A DNA stretch of 25,354 nt from a virus (IMGVR_UViG_3300009507_002826:1-25354); one strand, 5' to 3'. Counted from the first letter of the stretch, positions 5,572 through 15,817 are shown. The notes: generated by a model from the letters alone, not told the origin. Numbers and translations are program-made.

Positions 5572-7341
5572 CTAACTTTCCACATATTCCGTATCAGTGT
5601 TGTAACTAGTGAAGCCGCCTTCTTTGATTACATATAATACATCATTTACTCTACCACTGAGTTCTTCTCTGTGTGATATAAGCATGATATTTTTGTTTTG
5701 TTCTCTGCTCATTTTCTTGAGTATGCCCAATGCATTCTCTACACCAACACCGTCTAAACCACTGTCAATAAGTTCGTCAATGCATAAAAAGTTCATTGGG
5801 TGATTAAGACTTTCATATATGTCTCTGAATGCCCAACTCAAACTCAGTATTAGTCTGTTACGTTCACCTCTACTTAAATTATCAAAGTCTAAGTCTCTGC
5901 CATACTCTGTGATCTCTACACTTAGGTCACTGTTAAATTTAACATCATGTGGCAAACCAATAGCATTTAAGTAGTGTGCCAGTCTGTGATTCAAGTAAGC
6001 AATGTTTTGGTCAATAATACGTCTACGGATAAAACTGTCTTTGCTTGTTAGCAGTTTATACAAGAACTCTTGATGATCTTTTAATGCTGTGAGTTCATTT
6101 ATAATATCCCAACTGACTTCTTGTATACCAGTTTGTTTCATAGATTCTATTTGTTCTATGTAAGGATTTTCTTCGTTGTTCTTGTCTTCAATACTTTGTA
6201 TTAAGTTATCTACATTATTTCTATGAGTAAGGGCCTCTTCTAGTGTTCTATAGAAGGTTTTAGGGCGTTCTTGAACAGGTCCTAGCATTTCTACGCCTGT
6301 TTTTAACTCTTTTTCTTTAGTGATTAGGGTGTTGTTATATGTCCTTTCCTCTGTTATTTCGGTGTTTAAATCGGCCGTATATTCTTCATGTGTGTCTAAA
6401 TGTGCTGTATCTTGTCCACAAGCAGGGCATGTACCTTCTTTTGCTTTAGCCAAATTTGCTTCTAGTGTTTGCAGTTTAGTATTACTTCGTTTAATACTGG
6501 TTTCTGTGTTAGTGATATTGCTTACTAATACATTTAAATTTGCTTCGTGATCTTTTATTTCAACTAATGCATTATGCTTTGCAATTTCTTCGTCTACATC
6601 TAGTTCGTTGACTTCTTCTAGAGCATCAGCCATTTCAGATAGTTTAGATTTCTTATTTGCTTCCCAGGCCATACTGCGGCTTTCGATTTCTTTGATATTC
6701 TTTTCCATTCTAGCATTGCCATCTTTGACAGCATTGATTCGAATTTCCTCTTCCTTGATACTGTCTCTAGTATCCTTCATTCTTTCTTTGAGTGTTTCTG
6801 CTTTTTCTGACAACTCCTGTATACCAAGTAGTTGCTCGATCATGTCTCTCTGATCGTTATTTTTCATGCCTAAGAAAGGTTCAGTGTATGTGTTTAGTGC
6901 AACAATATGCTTAAACATTTCGTGAGTAAAGCCAATTATTTTTTCAATGTGTTTTTGTGTTTCTCTGCTGTCGCCTTGTTGCTCTTGATCACCTGACTCA
7001 GTACCGTTAACAAAGAAACGTAATATATTAGGACGTCTGCCTCTTTCTATACGATATTCAACACCGTTAAGTTCAAAGTCTACACTAACTATCATGCCCT
7101 TGGCATTTGTTTTGTTAATTAAGTTATCGCGACGAATGTTAGTAAGTGCTTCACCATATAATGCGTAACTGAGTGCATTAATAATAGTAGTCTTACCTGT
7201 GCCATTTCTACTACCGTCACCACCTAGGTCTAGATTGTTACCTAGTACTAGTGTTAAGTTCTTGTCGTCAAACCGCACACCTTGAACGTTGTTTCCAACA
7301 CTCATGAAATTCTTGACACTTATATTTTTTAGTTTAAGCAT
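5572..7341 (-). CDS. gp46: gp46/SbcC/Rad50-like recombination ATPase
   Basis: Walker A NGTGKTT, coiled coil with CPAC zinc hook, signature LSRGE, Walker B LCIDE and H-loop ISH. Confidence 0.95.
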   Translation of the reverse strand: MLKLKNISVKNFMSVGNNVQGVRFDDKNLTLVLGNNLDLGGDGSRNGTGKTTIINALSYALYGEALTNIRRDNLINKTNAKGMIVSVDFELNGVEYRIERGRRPNILRFFVNGTESGDQEQQGDSRETQKHIEKIIGFTHEMFKHIVALNTYTEPFLGMKNNDQRDMIEQLLGIQELSEKAETLKERMKDTRDSIKEEEIRINAVKDGNARMEKNIKEIESRSMAWEANKKSKLSEMADALEEVNELDVDEEIAKHNALVEIKDHEANLNVLVSNITNTETSIKRSNTKLQTLEANLAKAKEGTCPACGQDTAHLDTHEEYTADLNTEITEERTYNNTLITKEKELKTGVEMLGPVQERPKTFYRTLEEALTHRNNVDNLIQSIEDKNNEENPYIEQIESMKQTGIQEVSWDIINELTALKDHQEFLYKLLTSKDSFIRRRIIDQNIAYLNHRLAHYLNAIGLPHDVKFNSDLSVEITEYGRDLDFDNLSRGERNRLILSLSWAFRDIYESLNHPMNFLCIDELIDSGLDGVGVENALGILKKMSREQNKNIMLISHREELSGRVNDVLYVIKEGGFTSYNTDTEYVES

Positions 7342-7344
7342 ATA

Positions 7345-8358
7345 TTATAAATTCTGGTAAATGTCAATTAACTTTTCTGTGTTAATTGTATTACTTTCGA
7401 TAGTTTGTAATTGACTAATAACAATTTGTTCAACACTTTCAAATGATATTTCGCCGGCTTCGTATTCTTCTTCAACTTCTTTAATAGGTACAAGTTGTAT
7501 TTCTCTACACTTGTATTTTTCCATAAAGTTTTCTTTTATAAATGTTGCTTCTTCATAACTGATATCAACATCTAATTTGATTCTTGCATAAGTATATGCA
7601 TCTAAATATTTTGCAGGATCATCAATTAATTCAACAAGTCCGCATGTAACATACTTAGGGCACTCAGGCCAGTTTACATATACTGGTTCCTTGTCCCATT
7701 CAAGATACATGTAACCTCTATCATTGTCTTGTGCGTCTGCGTAATTGTGTGGAAATGCATTACCTATATAATGAATGTTTTCGTCATATTGTCTTTTATG
7801 AAAGTGTCCACTAAACACATATTCTGGATTACGCAACATTGATGCATTAATGCCACCGTGGTCTGGCATCTCTATCATTGCATTCATTTTAAAGAACGGT
7901 AATTCAAAATGACCAAACATATACTTGCATTGCATTTTAGCAACTCTCTTGTATTCGTTTTCTACTAACCAAGGTACAATACCAACATTGCCTTCTTCAA
8001 ACAACTCGTCTATCATTACAAAGTTGTTTAAGTCTCTAGCAAACTCCATGCTGTTTAATTCACGTTTATCTCTGTAATATAAATCGTGATTACCTGTGAT
8101 AAAGTATACTTTGTTAAATGCTTTGTTAAGTTTCTTAAGGTCTCTCCAACTAGCATTTAGTGTTGCTACATTAACACTTGCTCTATGATGATGCCAGTCG
8201 CCTAAAAAGAAACAGGTTTCAGCACCGCGGACTTTTGCCTCAGCAATAAACCAGTCAACAAAATTACTACAATCTTTTAAGTGTTGATGACTATTAGATT
8301 TTAGTCCGTAATGTATGTCCGTAAAGACAACTGCTTTTTTAAATAAATTGTCTGTCAT
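7345..8358 (-). CDS. gp47: gp47/SbcD/Mre11-like recombination nuclease
   Basis: Metallophosphoesterase motifs TDIH, LGD, GNHD, GH and SGHFH. Adjacent to gp46. Confidence 0.95.
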   Translation of the reverse strand: MTDNLFKKAVVFTDIHYGLKSNSHQHLKDCSNFVDWFIAEAKVRGAETCFFLGDWHHHRASVNVATLNASWRDLKKLNKAFNKVYFITGNHDLYYRDKRELNSMEFARDLNNFVMIDELFEEGNVGIVPWLVENEYKRVAKMQCKYMFGHFELPFFKMNAMIEMPDHGGINASMLRNPEYVFSGHFHKRQYDENIHYIGNAFPHNYADAQDNDRGYMYLEWDKEPVYVNWPECPKYVTCGLVELIDDPAKYLDAYTYARIKLDVDISYEEATFIKENFMEKYKCREIQLVPIKEVEEEYEAGEISFESVEQIVISQLQTIESNTINTEKLIDIYQNL

Positions 8359-8360
8359 AC

Positions 8361-9209
8361 TTAGGCATCCGATTCTGAATTTTTTGCTTCTCTTAAAGCC
8401 TTAATTTCATTTTCGTGTGCTATCTGTCTGCCATAACTTGGTAAGTGCCCAGAGTCGATTAATATGTCGTCTCTGATGTTTTGATTTTTCTTTTCTATGT
8501 TTAACACTCTTGTAAAACTATTTGTAATTGCGGCTGTATAATAAGCAAATGGATTATCCGATTTTGCTTCATTGAATTGTAATCCAATCATTGCAAGTTG
8601 TAGTAATGCCTGTCCTCTCATTTCGTCAACATAAGTATAGCCTCTCCAATTAGATCTTTGACTATATCTATCTACTAACTTAAGGTACATCTTACCTAAT
8701 TCGTTTGTAATGCTACCATGATCAACAGAAAACTTACCACTCTTAGGACCGCCTTTCCAGTGACTCCTAGCAACCTCTTCCCATGTACCGTTTATCAAGC
8801 CATAATGCTTAAATGGTGGAAAGTTTGCTTTTGCTTTTGTTTCTGCTTCGTTTCTAGGATTCTTTTTTCTGCCTGGCTCTAATGGAATATGCTCGTAAGT
8901 CATTTGCCTTACTACTACATCTTCGTCTGCAATATCCTCTAGAGCAACTAAAAAGTCTTTTTGTCTAGGCTTTTTATTAGCAGGTCCGTCGTAATTTTCA
9001 ACTGCTTTTTTATAAGCAATATCTTTCATTTTTCCTGCTTTGTTTTGTTTTGCTTCGAGTATCACTGCATCAGTAATTTCATCTTCTAAATTAATAATAA
9101 TGTCTGGATAATCGTATTGGGGTGATTTAACCCAACAAAAGGACATCTTACTGAGATGTATTTGTTTAAGTAAATCTTTGTTGTTCAAGTATTTAACTTT
9201 TGCGACCAT
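8361..9209 (-). CDS. gp55: gp55-like sigma factor for late transcription
   Basis: YLNNKDLL N-terminus and RSNWRGYTYVDEM...LQFNEAKSDNPFAYYT...F. Position upstream of gp47-gp46 as in T4-like phages. Confidence 0.85.
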   Translation of the reverse strand: MVAKVKYLNNKDLLKQIHLSKMSFCWVKSPQYDYPDIIINLEDEITDAVILEAKQNKAGKMKDIAYKKAVENYDGPANKKPRQKDFLVALEDIADEDVVVRQMTYEHIPLEPGRKKNPRNEAETKAKANFPPFKHYGLINGTWEEVARSHWKGGPKSGKFSVDHGSITNELGKMYLKLVDRYSQRSNWRGYTYVDEMRGQALLQLAMIGLQFNEAKSDNPFAYYTAAITNSFTRVLNIEKKNQNIRDDILIDSGHLPSYGRQIAHENEIKALREAKNSESDA

Positions 9210-9233
9210 TGTGTCTCCTTATAATTAACCTTT

Positions 9234-9261
9234 ATTATACATTAAATTTTTCTAGTGTCAA
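9234..9261 (-). promoter_or_regulatory. Consensus sigma70 promoter for the gp55-gp47-gp46-GIY-YIG operon
   Basis: Minus strand TTGACA (9261-9256), 16 nt, TATAAT (9239-9234), followed by AAGGAG RBS and ATG 9209. Confidence 0.85.
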
Positions 9262-9306
9262 GTATAATTATCCAATTCTGGCCAATAACGGCTAGTTTAT
9301 TGATAT

Positions 9307-9315
9307 CGATAAATA
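9307..9315 (+). promoter_or_regulatory. Late promoter motif CGATAAATA for the baseplate operon
   Basis: Exact motif upstream of the AGGAG RBS and ATG 9337. Confidence 0.7.
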
Positions 9316-9336
9316 CATAGTACATTAGGAGAAAGA

Positions 9337-10077
9337 ATGGCAAATACAGATTTAGGAAGAAATAGTAATCTAGACATTGACTGGAGAGCACGACTACAGG
9401 TTATGCGAGCCAATAAAGATTCATTCTTTCCAGATAGCCTAGTAAAGACTGATATATTGAGTCCTCTCAAGCCTGACCGCGGCATTATGTTTCACTACCA
9501 GCCAAGTATTTTTATAGCCTTTAGTGCAACGTATGATACACAGCAATTTCAAGGCACAAATTATCCGTTACATACTTATATGATGAGTTCGCCTCCTACA
9601 ATACCATTACAGGTGCAGTATTCAGTGACTACACAAGAAGAAGCACGATATTTACTAGCAATAATGCACTTTTTAAAAGTTACAACTAAAGCAAACTTTG
9701 GTGAAGCGGCAGTATCATCTAATAAATTTGGTGCACCGCCGCCTGTTTTAGAATTTAGTTATTTAGGCCCCCATGGATACGACAGAGTACCAGTTGTTAT
9801 TAATGACGTCAACTTTATTATGGAAAATAATGTAGACTACATACCAGTACAACATAATATTGCAAAAACTAACGGAAAATTTGTTAGTGCATTTAAAACA
9901 CAAACAACTACAGATGGGACTACAGAAAATAATGCCGGAGAAGCCGCAGGAGTAACTTATGTACCAACAGACTTACAAATGACAATTACACTAATGGTGC
10001 AATACTCGCCTAGAAGACAGCGAAGATTATTTGACCTTGATCAAATGAAAAAAGGCGGAAATATAGGATTTATTTAA
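9337..10077 (+). CDS. Tail tube initiator / baseplate-tube junction protein (P2 gpU, T4 gp48/gp54-like)
   Basis: GAPPPVLEFSYLG...VPVVINDVNF tube-fold motif. First gene in the canonical contractile baseplate order. Confidence 0.6.
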   Translation: MANTDLGRNSNLDIDWRARLQVMRANKDSFFPDSLVKTDILSPLKPDRGIMFHYQPSIFIAFSATYDTQQFQGTNYPLHTYMMSSPPTIPLQVQYSVTTQEEARYLLAIMHFLKVTTKANFGEAAVSSNKFGAPPPVLEFSYLGPHGYDRVPVVINDVNFIMENNVDYIPVQHNIAKTNGKFVSAFKTQTTTDGTTENNAGEAAGVTYVPTDLQMTITLMVQYSPRRQRRLFDLDQMKKGGNIGFI

Positions 10078-10382
10078 TGGCAGTATATAACAAAAACAGT
10101 TTTTTAAAAGACGCACAAAATATGTCGTTTTATACAGGTTTAAATTACATGAATTTACCTGCAGTACCATCTACGGTAAGTGATCAAAAATTTTTAATTA
10201 CTAAAAAATATGCCAGTAGGCCTGACTTACTTGCATTTGAAAAATTTGGTAGTCCTGAGTTATGGTGGATATTGGTACTAAGTAATCCAGAAATAATAAA
10301 AGATCCTATACAAGATTTCAAAGAAGGTACAATTATAAGATTAGTCACAGGTAGCCGAGCAAGACAGATAGCAGGTAATTAA
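10077..10382 (+). CDS. gp53-like / LysM-type baseplate wedge protein
   Basis: RPDLLAFEKFGSPELWWILVLSN...DF..GTIIRL motif typical of gp53 / P2 gpX. Confidence 0.85.
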   Translation: MAVYNKNSFLKDAQNMSFYTGLNYMNLPAVPSTVSDQKFLITKKYASRPDLLAFEKFGSPELWWILVLSNPEIIKDPIQDFKEGTIIRLVTGSRARQIAGN

Positions 10383-10383
10383 T

Positions 10384-13380
10384 ATGGCAGAAATAAAATC
10401 AGAATATTTTGCTAATCCAGACCTATTCAAACACATACTGCCAAAAGAATTGCAAAGCAATATCCTATTTAATCCTACAGATGCATATTCCTCATACACT
10501 TATCGTTTAACTTTTAGTATGTTGCCATCTAATTTTTATACTGATGGTCTTGTGAATTTAGATTTAAAACAAGGTAACAGGATTATTATTGCACAAACAA
10601 GTGTTACTAAATTTCAAATAGATAATTTATCAATTAGTACTGTTGTACATCCATCGCCCCCTCCAACTATGAAAGGTCATAGTATGTACAATTACATAAT
10701 GCATTTTGATTTAAAAGAACCATTTGGAATGTCATTTATTGATTTGCTGAATAGATCTCAATTTGAACTTAACAAAACTTTGGGCGAGAGTAACCCATTT
10801 CCTTTACAATCTATGCCGTACCTTTTGGAAATAGAATTGATTGGTCAGGAAGACAAATTAACAGAAAATGATAAATTATTTGGCGATATTAACAATGCTG
10901 AGCCTTTTTATCACACAGCAATACCCATAAGAATTATAAATTTTGATGTAAATCCAAGTCCAACAGGTTCTGAGTATAATATTCAAGCAGTTGCAATCGA
11001 CGAAATAGTTGCATCTGCGGATTCATCTGTGCATAGAGTCCCGGAGGATATCAAAATTGTATCAGGTGCCAAAGGCACAGTTAACGAATTGTTTGAGAGT
11101 TTTACCAAACAAATGCAAAAACTACAAAAGACGCAGACTGGGGATATTGAATTAGAAAAACCAAAGCCAAGTATAGGTATTGAAAAAGGCGCCTACATGT
11201 TAGATCCTCTCGGACTTCCTGGATTGAAAACTATATTTAAAGATATGCCTATTGATAAAGAATATTTTGATACAATGCAAAATTTAACACTCACTACCGA
11301 GGAAGATGGCAATGAAACTATAGGTAGAATTGAACAGGCCGCAGAAGCCGGTGAAGAAAACCCACCCGAGGATGGCAAAAAAGCCAAAATTAAAATACAT
11401 ATCAATAAAAATACCCCAGTTGATGTTGTAATGTATGGCTTAGCCTCAATGAATCACAAATATGCAAAAACCAATCATAGGTATGATATGGATGAAGGCG
11501 AAGCACAATTAGATACTGAAAAACTCAATAAAGATAAAACACAATATATTACACCAGCGATTCGTAAAGAATACACGTGGCAAAAATTTGATGACAAATA
11601 CTTGTATACATCGACTGGAAAACCAGCAATGGCATATACTTATGTACTTACCGGCAAACTAGATTCATCATCTGTGATAGATGCAAAAGAATTAGACATA
11701 GAAACCAGTACAACAAAAGGTGACAAGAGGAAAAAGGTTAAATTAGTACAAGCCGCAAAAGACAGGAATATTAATAAACTTTATGCTTATACATATTCTG
11801 GCATTAATGATCAGATTTTTGATGTTGATTTAAAAATAGAAAATGGTATAAGATATTTAGTACCAGTTGCAGGTGGACGACAAACTAATTACACACAGTC
11901 GCCAGCCGCACAAATAAGTTCAGCAGGCACTGATAAACTTAACGATTTCAATAGTAAAGTGAGGCCTACTACAAAAGATCAAATTCTTGAGAAGTTTGTA
12001 AAACTTGGCACAGATGCAAAAAATTTACTTACAACACTAGCAAAGTTGCCTATAACACTCACAGAAGATTTAGCCTCAGTAGCCTCTGGACTGAGTCCAG
12101 TTGGTATTACAAAACCAAATTCCAAAAATATTAGAAAACTCAATTTAAAGTTACCCAGTTCTCCGGTTGCAATATTACAAAAAACCAAAACCATAAAAGA
12201 ATTGACCTCATATTTAGATACAATCACAAACAGAATATCAACTTTGCAGTCTGATGTGGAAGACATTATATCAAATGAAATTAGCGAACAGATAGCAAAA
12301 ATTACAGCAAATGCTTTTACTCCTTTTGCAGTAATAGATAGTGCATTTAATGAAATAAGCGAAGGAGTCAGTGGCTTTATTAATGAAATTGAAAGTGCAG
12401 TAGGCGATCTTGGACTAGACCAATATGGCATTGACACTGGCAGTTTATTAGATGAAGCCAAAGAAAAAATGAGCGAATTTACCAAAGAACTTAATTCCGT
12501 TACAGTTCCTCCAGGATTCTCCACTGGAGTAGGCCCTGGTACTGTTCAGAACTCTGTGGTAGAAAATTTTAATTCTATATATATGGAAGAATTTGAATTT
12601 GATCAAACAGCATATGGTTCTCAAAACACCCATGGTGAGAATTTACCTTTTGGTGAATATGATCCAAAAATAAAAACACTAGTAGGTCCAAACTCTAAAT
12701 TTGCAAATAAAAGTATTTTTACAACGGCTTTGTCAAATAGCCAATTGGGTGCACCATACTTAGTACAAATGGAATTAACTATCAAAGGAGATCCTTATTG
12801 GCTTGGCAAAGAAGCACCAAAAGTAAACAATATATTTATTCACAAGCCAGGCAATGAATATTTAGGTTCACTGCAAACAGATATAGGTAAAGTACGCGAA
12901 CAGTCTATAAAAGAAAATATTGCACCATACGGAATAGGCGAAGTAGGCTTTTTCTTTACATATTTGTTTCCAAGAGAATACAATACATGGCATGATGATC
13001 CAAGCAGGCATACTGGAGAAATAAATGATCTATCAATGGACAACTCTTTCTCAGGAACGTTTTTCCCTTACAAAGTACTTCATAACTTTAGTGGTGGACA
13101 GTTTAGACAAACTCTACAATGTTATAGAACAATTTATAAAGGACAATTTCCAAAAAGTGCCGAAGAGATAGCGGCAGAGAAACACTTATCAGACCAAGTA
13201 AATCGTAGTTTAGATGCGTCTAAAGTACAGTTTGATGAAAACGGCAAATTGGTTCTTGACTCAGGTGATCCGTTAGAGAATGCAATAAACAATTTAACTT
13301 TTACTGAATCTGACTTAGCGACAGCCGGATATGTAAATCCCCTATCAATAGATAGACTTAATAATAGTGACGGTGGTTAA
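10384..13380 (+). CDS. Baseplate hub protein (gp27 / P2 gpD-like), large (998 aa)
   Basis: Sits between gp53 and gp5. Motifs LKEPFGMSFID, LTIKGDPYWL and FSGTFFPYKVLHNFSGGQFRQTL. Confidence 0.65.
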   Translation: MAEIKSEYFANPDLFKHILPKELQSNILFNPTDAYSSYTYRLTFSMLPSNFYTDGLVNLDLKQGNRIIIAQTSVTKFQIDNLSISTVVHPSPPPTMKGHSMYNYIMHFDLKEPFGMSFIDLLNRSQFELNKTLGESNPFPLQSMPYLLEIELIGQEDKLTENDKLFGDINNAEPFYHTAIPIRIINFDVNPSPTGSEYNIQAVAIDEIVASADSSVHRVPEDIKIVSGAKGTVNELFESFTKQMQKLQKTQTGDIELEKPKPSIGIEKGAYMLDPLGLPGLKTIFKDMPIDKEYFDTMQNLTLTTEEDGNETIGRIEQAAEAGEENPPEDGKKAKIKIHINKNTPVDVVMYGLASMNHKYAKTNHRYDMDEGEAQLDTEKLNKDKTQYITPAIRKEYTWQKFDDKYLYTSTGKPAMAYTYVLTGKLDSSSVIDAKELDIETSTTKGDKRKKVKLVQAAKDRNINKLYAYTYSGINDQIFDVDLKIENGIRYLVPVAGGRQTNYTQSPAAQISSAGTDKLNDFNSKVRPTTKDQILEKFVKLGTDAKNLLTTLAKLPITLTEDLASVASGLSPVGITKPNSKNIRKLNLKLPSSPVAILQKTKTIKELTSYLDTITNRISTLQSDVEDIISNEISEQIAKITANAFTPFAVIDSAFNEISEGVSGFINEIESAVGDLGLDQYGIDTGSLLDEAKEKMSEFTKELNSVTVPPGFSTGVGPGTVQNSVVENFNSIYMEEFEFDQTAYGSQNTHGENLPFGEYDPKIKTLVGPNSKFANKSIFTTALSNSQLGAPYLVQMELTIKGDPYWLGKEAPKVNNIFIHKPGNEYLGSLQTDIGKVREQSIKENIAPYGIGEVGFFFTYLFPREYNTWHDDPSRHTGEINDLSMDNSFSGTFFPYKVLHNFSGGQFRQTLQCYRTIYKGQFPKSAEEIAAEKHLSDQVNRSLDASKVQFDENGKLVLDSGDPLENAINNLTFTESDLATAGYVNPLSIDRLNNSDGG

Positions 13381-13383
13381 ATA
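13376..13383 (+). promoter_or_regulatory. Late promoter-like GTTAAATA, 5 nt before ATG 13389
   Basis: The TAAATA core overlaps the hub stop codon. No SD before gp5. Confidence 0.45.
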
Positions 13384-13388
13384 GTAAT

Positions 13389-14999
13389 ATGATACCAAAC
13401 CGCATAAAAGAAAAAATCACATCCAATGCAAGTAAAGGTTTGTCGCTGTATTTTGGCACAGTAATTAGTGCAGACGATCCTTCTAGAAATGGAATACTCT
13501 TAGTGCATATACCAGAATTAACAGGCACAAACAAAAGTACTAGTGCCTTATTTGATTGTATATGGACATCACCATTTGCTGGTGCAACTCCTGAGAGAGG
13601 CACAGGCGATAAAAATGCACCTGACGTTGCACAAACCAGTTATGGAATGTGGATGAGACCACCTGATAATGGTAATCAAGTTGTAGTAGGTTTTTATGAA
13701 TACCAAGGCCAACTCTCCGGAATAATCTTAGGGTGCTTATTTCAAACAAATAGAAATTTTATGGTACCAGGTATTCCAGCAGGAAAATCCATAGGTGGAG
13801 TGACACCTGTTAATGAAGCAAACATGTCTGCAAATATCAAGGATCATAATGTAGAATACAGCGGTACTGTTAAAAGTGTCAAAGTAAAAGCAGATGACAG
13901 ATCAATGCACGAATTAGAAAGTGTTATTTTTTCACAAGGACTGATAGATGATTTTATAAGAGGGCAAAGTACTAGTGGTGCTAGGCGGGAAGGCGCAAGT
14001 GAAGTATATGGTATATTAACACCAGGTCCCAAGAATCCTAAAGATCCAGGACTAAGACATGCTGGACATCAATTTGTAATGGATGATAGTAACGATAATC
14101 CATTTATAAGAATACGAACCGGTGGCGGAAATCAAATAGTACTCAATGACGCAGAAAATTTAATATACATATCTAATAAGTCAGGTACAGGGCATATAGA
14201 AATAGATGCCGATGGTAACATAGACATTTACGGCACAGGCAGTTACAATGTAAGAACATCAGGTGATATGAACCTCAGAGCGGACAAGGATGTAAATATA
14301 GAAGCAGGACAAAATGTTAATATCAAAGCCGCTAACAACTATCCACATCCAAACGACCCTAACGAAACACAAAAAGGTATTGTAGATGTAGAAGAATTAG
14401 CATACTTAAATCCAGTATATCAGAGTGTATTAAATAACGGTAGTGTGAACATCGAAGGTGTGAAAGATATTAATATGTATTCTAATGCTATAAGTATAGA
14501 AGCAAGACCTAGACTATTTACAACCGCTGGTACCACAATGCCAGGTAGTTTACAATTATTTGGTGATAACAAAGTACATATGGCAGGCACACAAATAGAA
14601 ATAGCCGCACCAGCCTCTGTAAATAATCCGCCCTCTGAACCTACATTACAAATCAAGTCAATGGGAGATGTAGATATATTTTCAACAACTCATACACATA
14701 TAATGGGTCTAACAAAAACATACATCAATGCTGGCGACACAGTTGATATTCAAACAACAACATTGCCGACTTTGCCACCTTTGCCTATTGCACCTAACAT
14801 GAGTGGCATACAAACAACCGAAACAACAAACACATTACTATCGTTTGAATTAGCAGGTATACTATCAGGTGGTTATCCTAAAAGAGCAGAACAAGGCAAA
14901 AGTCCATTAACGCCATTGCTTTTATTTGATCAAAAAGTTAATACTATTATTACAAGATGGCCTGGTATAGAACCAAGTCCTTCAAGGACAAACAAATAA
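13389..14999 (+). CDS. gp5/VgrG-like baseplate central spike (OB-fold plus beta-helix), no internal lysozyme domain
   Basis: GTVISADDPSRNGILLVHIPEL...SYGMWMRPPDNGNQVVVGF OB-fold. GHQFVMDD...IRIRTGGGNQIVLND and V/I-x-x-G-x beta-helix repeats. Confidence 0.85.
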   Translation: MIPNRIKEKITSNASKGLSLYFGTVISADDPSRNGILLVHIPELTGTNKSTSALFDCIWTSPFAGATPERGTGDKNAPDVAQTSYGMWMRPPDNGNQVVVGFYEYQGQLSGIILGCLFQTNRNFMVPGIPAGKSIGGVTPVNEANMSANIKDHNVEYSGTVKSVKVKADDRSMHELESVIFSQGLIDDFIRGQSTSGARREGASEVYGILTPGPKNPKDPGLRHAGHQFVMDDSNDNPFIRIRTGGGNQIVLNDAENLIYISNKSGTGHIEIDADGNIDIYGTGSYNVRTSGDMNLRADKDVNIEAGQNVNIKAANNYPHPNDPNETQKGIVDVEELAYLNPVYQSVLNNGSVNIEGVKDINMYSNAISIEARPRLFTTAGTTMPGSLQLFGDNKVHMAGTQIEIAAPASVNNPPSEPTLQIKSMGDVDIFSTTHTHIMGLTKTYINAGDTVDIQTTTLPTLPPLPIAPNMSGIQTTETTNTLLSFELAGILSGGYPKRAEQGKSPLTPLLLFDQKVNTIITRWPGIEPSPSRTNK

Positions 15000-15817
15000 T
15001 GGCATACATAGATGATCTAAATATAGGGCAGTTGGATCCATCGGATAATGTACCGTTAAGTTATTGTAACCCAGGTGGTTTTTATATAGGATCACATTTT
15101 GAAGGCACAGATTATCTTACTGGAGTATATTCTAAAACAAATACAGTAGTACCTAAATTTATTCTGCCTAATTTAGTAGATACGACTCAAATTTTAATAC
15201 ATGCAAATGATTTTATAATTGGTAATTTTAATACATATCTTGTGCCAACTGAAATACAAAACGAAACATACATTGGTATATCTCATAAAATGAGTTCTCT
15301 AGAAATATCAAACAAAATGATAGCATTCAATGATTATAGTAAACTGGATTTAGATCATCCTGATGTAAGAAAAATTATTAGAAATAATCATGCTTACTTA
15401 CAAGGAGCAACTATTATTAAAAATGGTAGAGTTGATTATGAATTAGCAGTAAAATCAATTGCTGTATATGACCAAATAAATAATTTTTATGTTTATAGTC
15501 TAGTAAATGGTGCAAAACCAGAATTTATCGATAGGCTGTATAAACTTGATTTGACCCGTGCTTTTAGTGTGGTAGTAGACAGAGTCAAAGTACCGCTTAA
15601 TACAAATCAAACAGTTGCATTAATATCTCTAGCATTTGATATAGGTATGAAAAAATTTACAACTAGCAAATTAATAAAAGCACTCAATAGTGAAAATTAT
15701 AATTGTGCTACATACTTTATGGAGTTTACTGAAATACCTATTAAAAGAGGTAATGGAATCAGCACATTATTATACAATAGACGTGTAGCCGAAGCCAACC
15801 TATTTAGTCGAATTTAA
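14999..15817 (+). CDS. GH24 lysozyme-like protein (likely start ATG 14999, overlapping the gp5 stop)
   Basis: C-terminal VKVPLNTNQTVALISLAFDIG...SKLIKALN...LYNRRVAEANLF matches the phage lysozyme pattern. TAATG coupling at 14997-15001. Confidence 0.75.
   Translation: MAYIDDLNIGQLDPSDNVPLSYCNPGGFYIGSHFEGTDYLTGVYSKTNTVVPKFILPNLVDTTQILIHANDFIIGNFNTYLVPTEIQNETYIGISHKMSSLEISNKMIAFNDYSKLDLDHPDVRKIIRNNHAYLQGATIIKNGRVDYELAVKSIAVYDQINNFYVYSLVNGAKPEFIDRLYKLDLTRAFSVVVDRVKVPLNTNQTVALISLAFDIGMKKFTTSKLIKALNSENYNCATYFMEFTEIPIKRGNGISTLLYNRRVAEANLFSRI

Noticed and set aside
14957-14998. Track start of the lysozyme-like ORF at 14957
   Set aside because: It overlaps gp5 by 43 nt. ATG 14999 gives the TAATG coupling seen at other junctions in this cluster.
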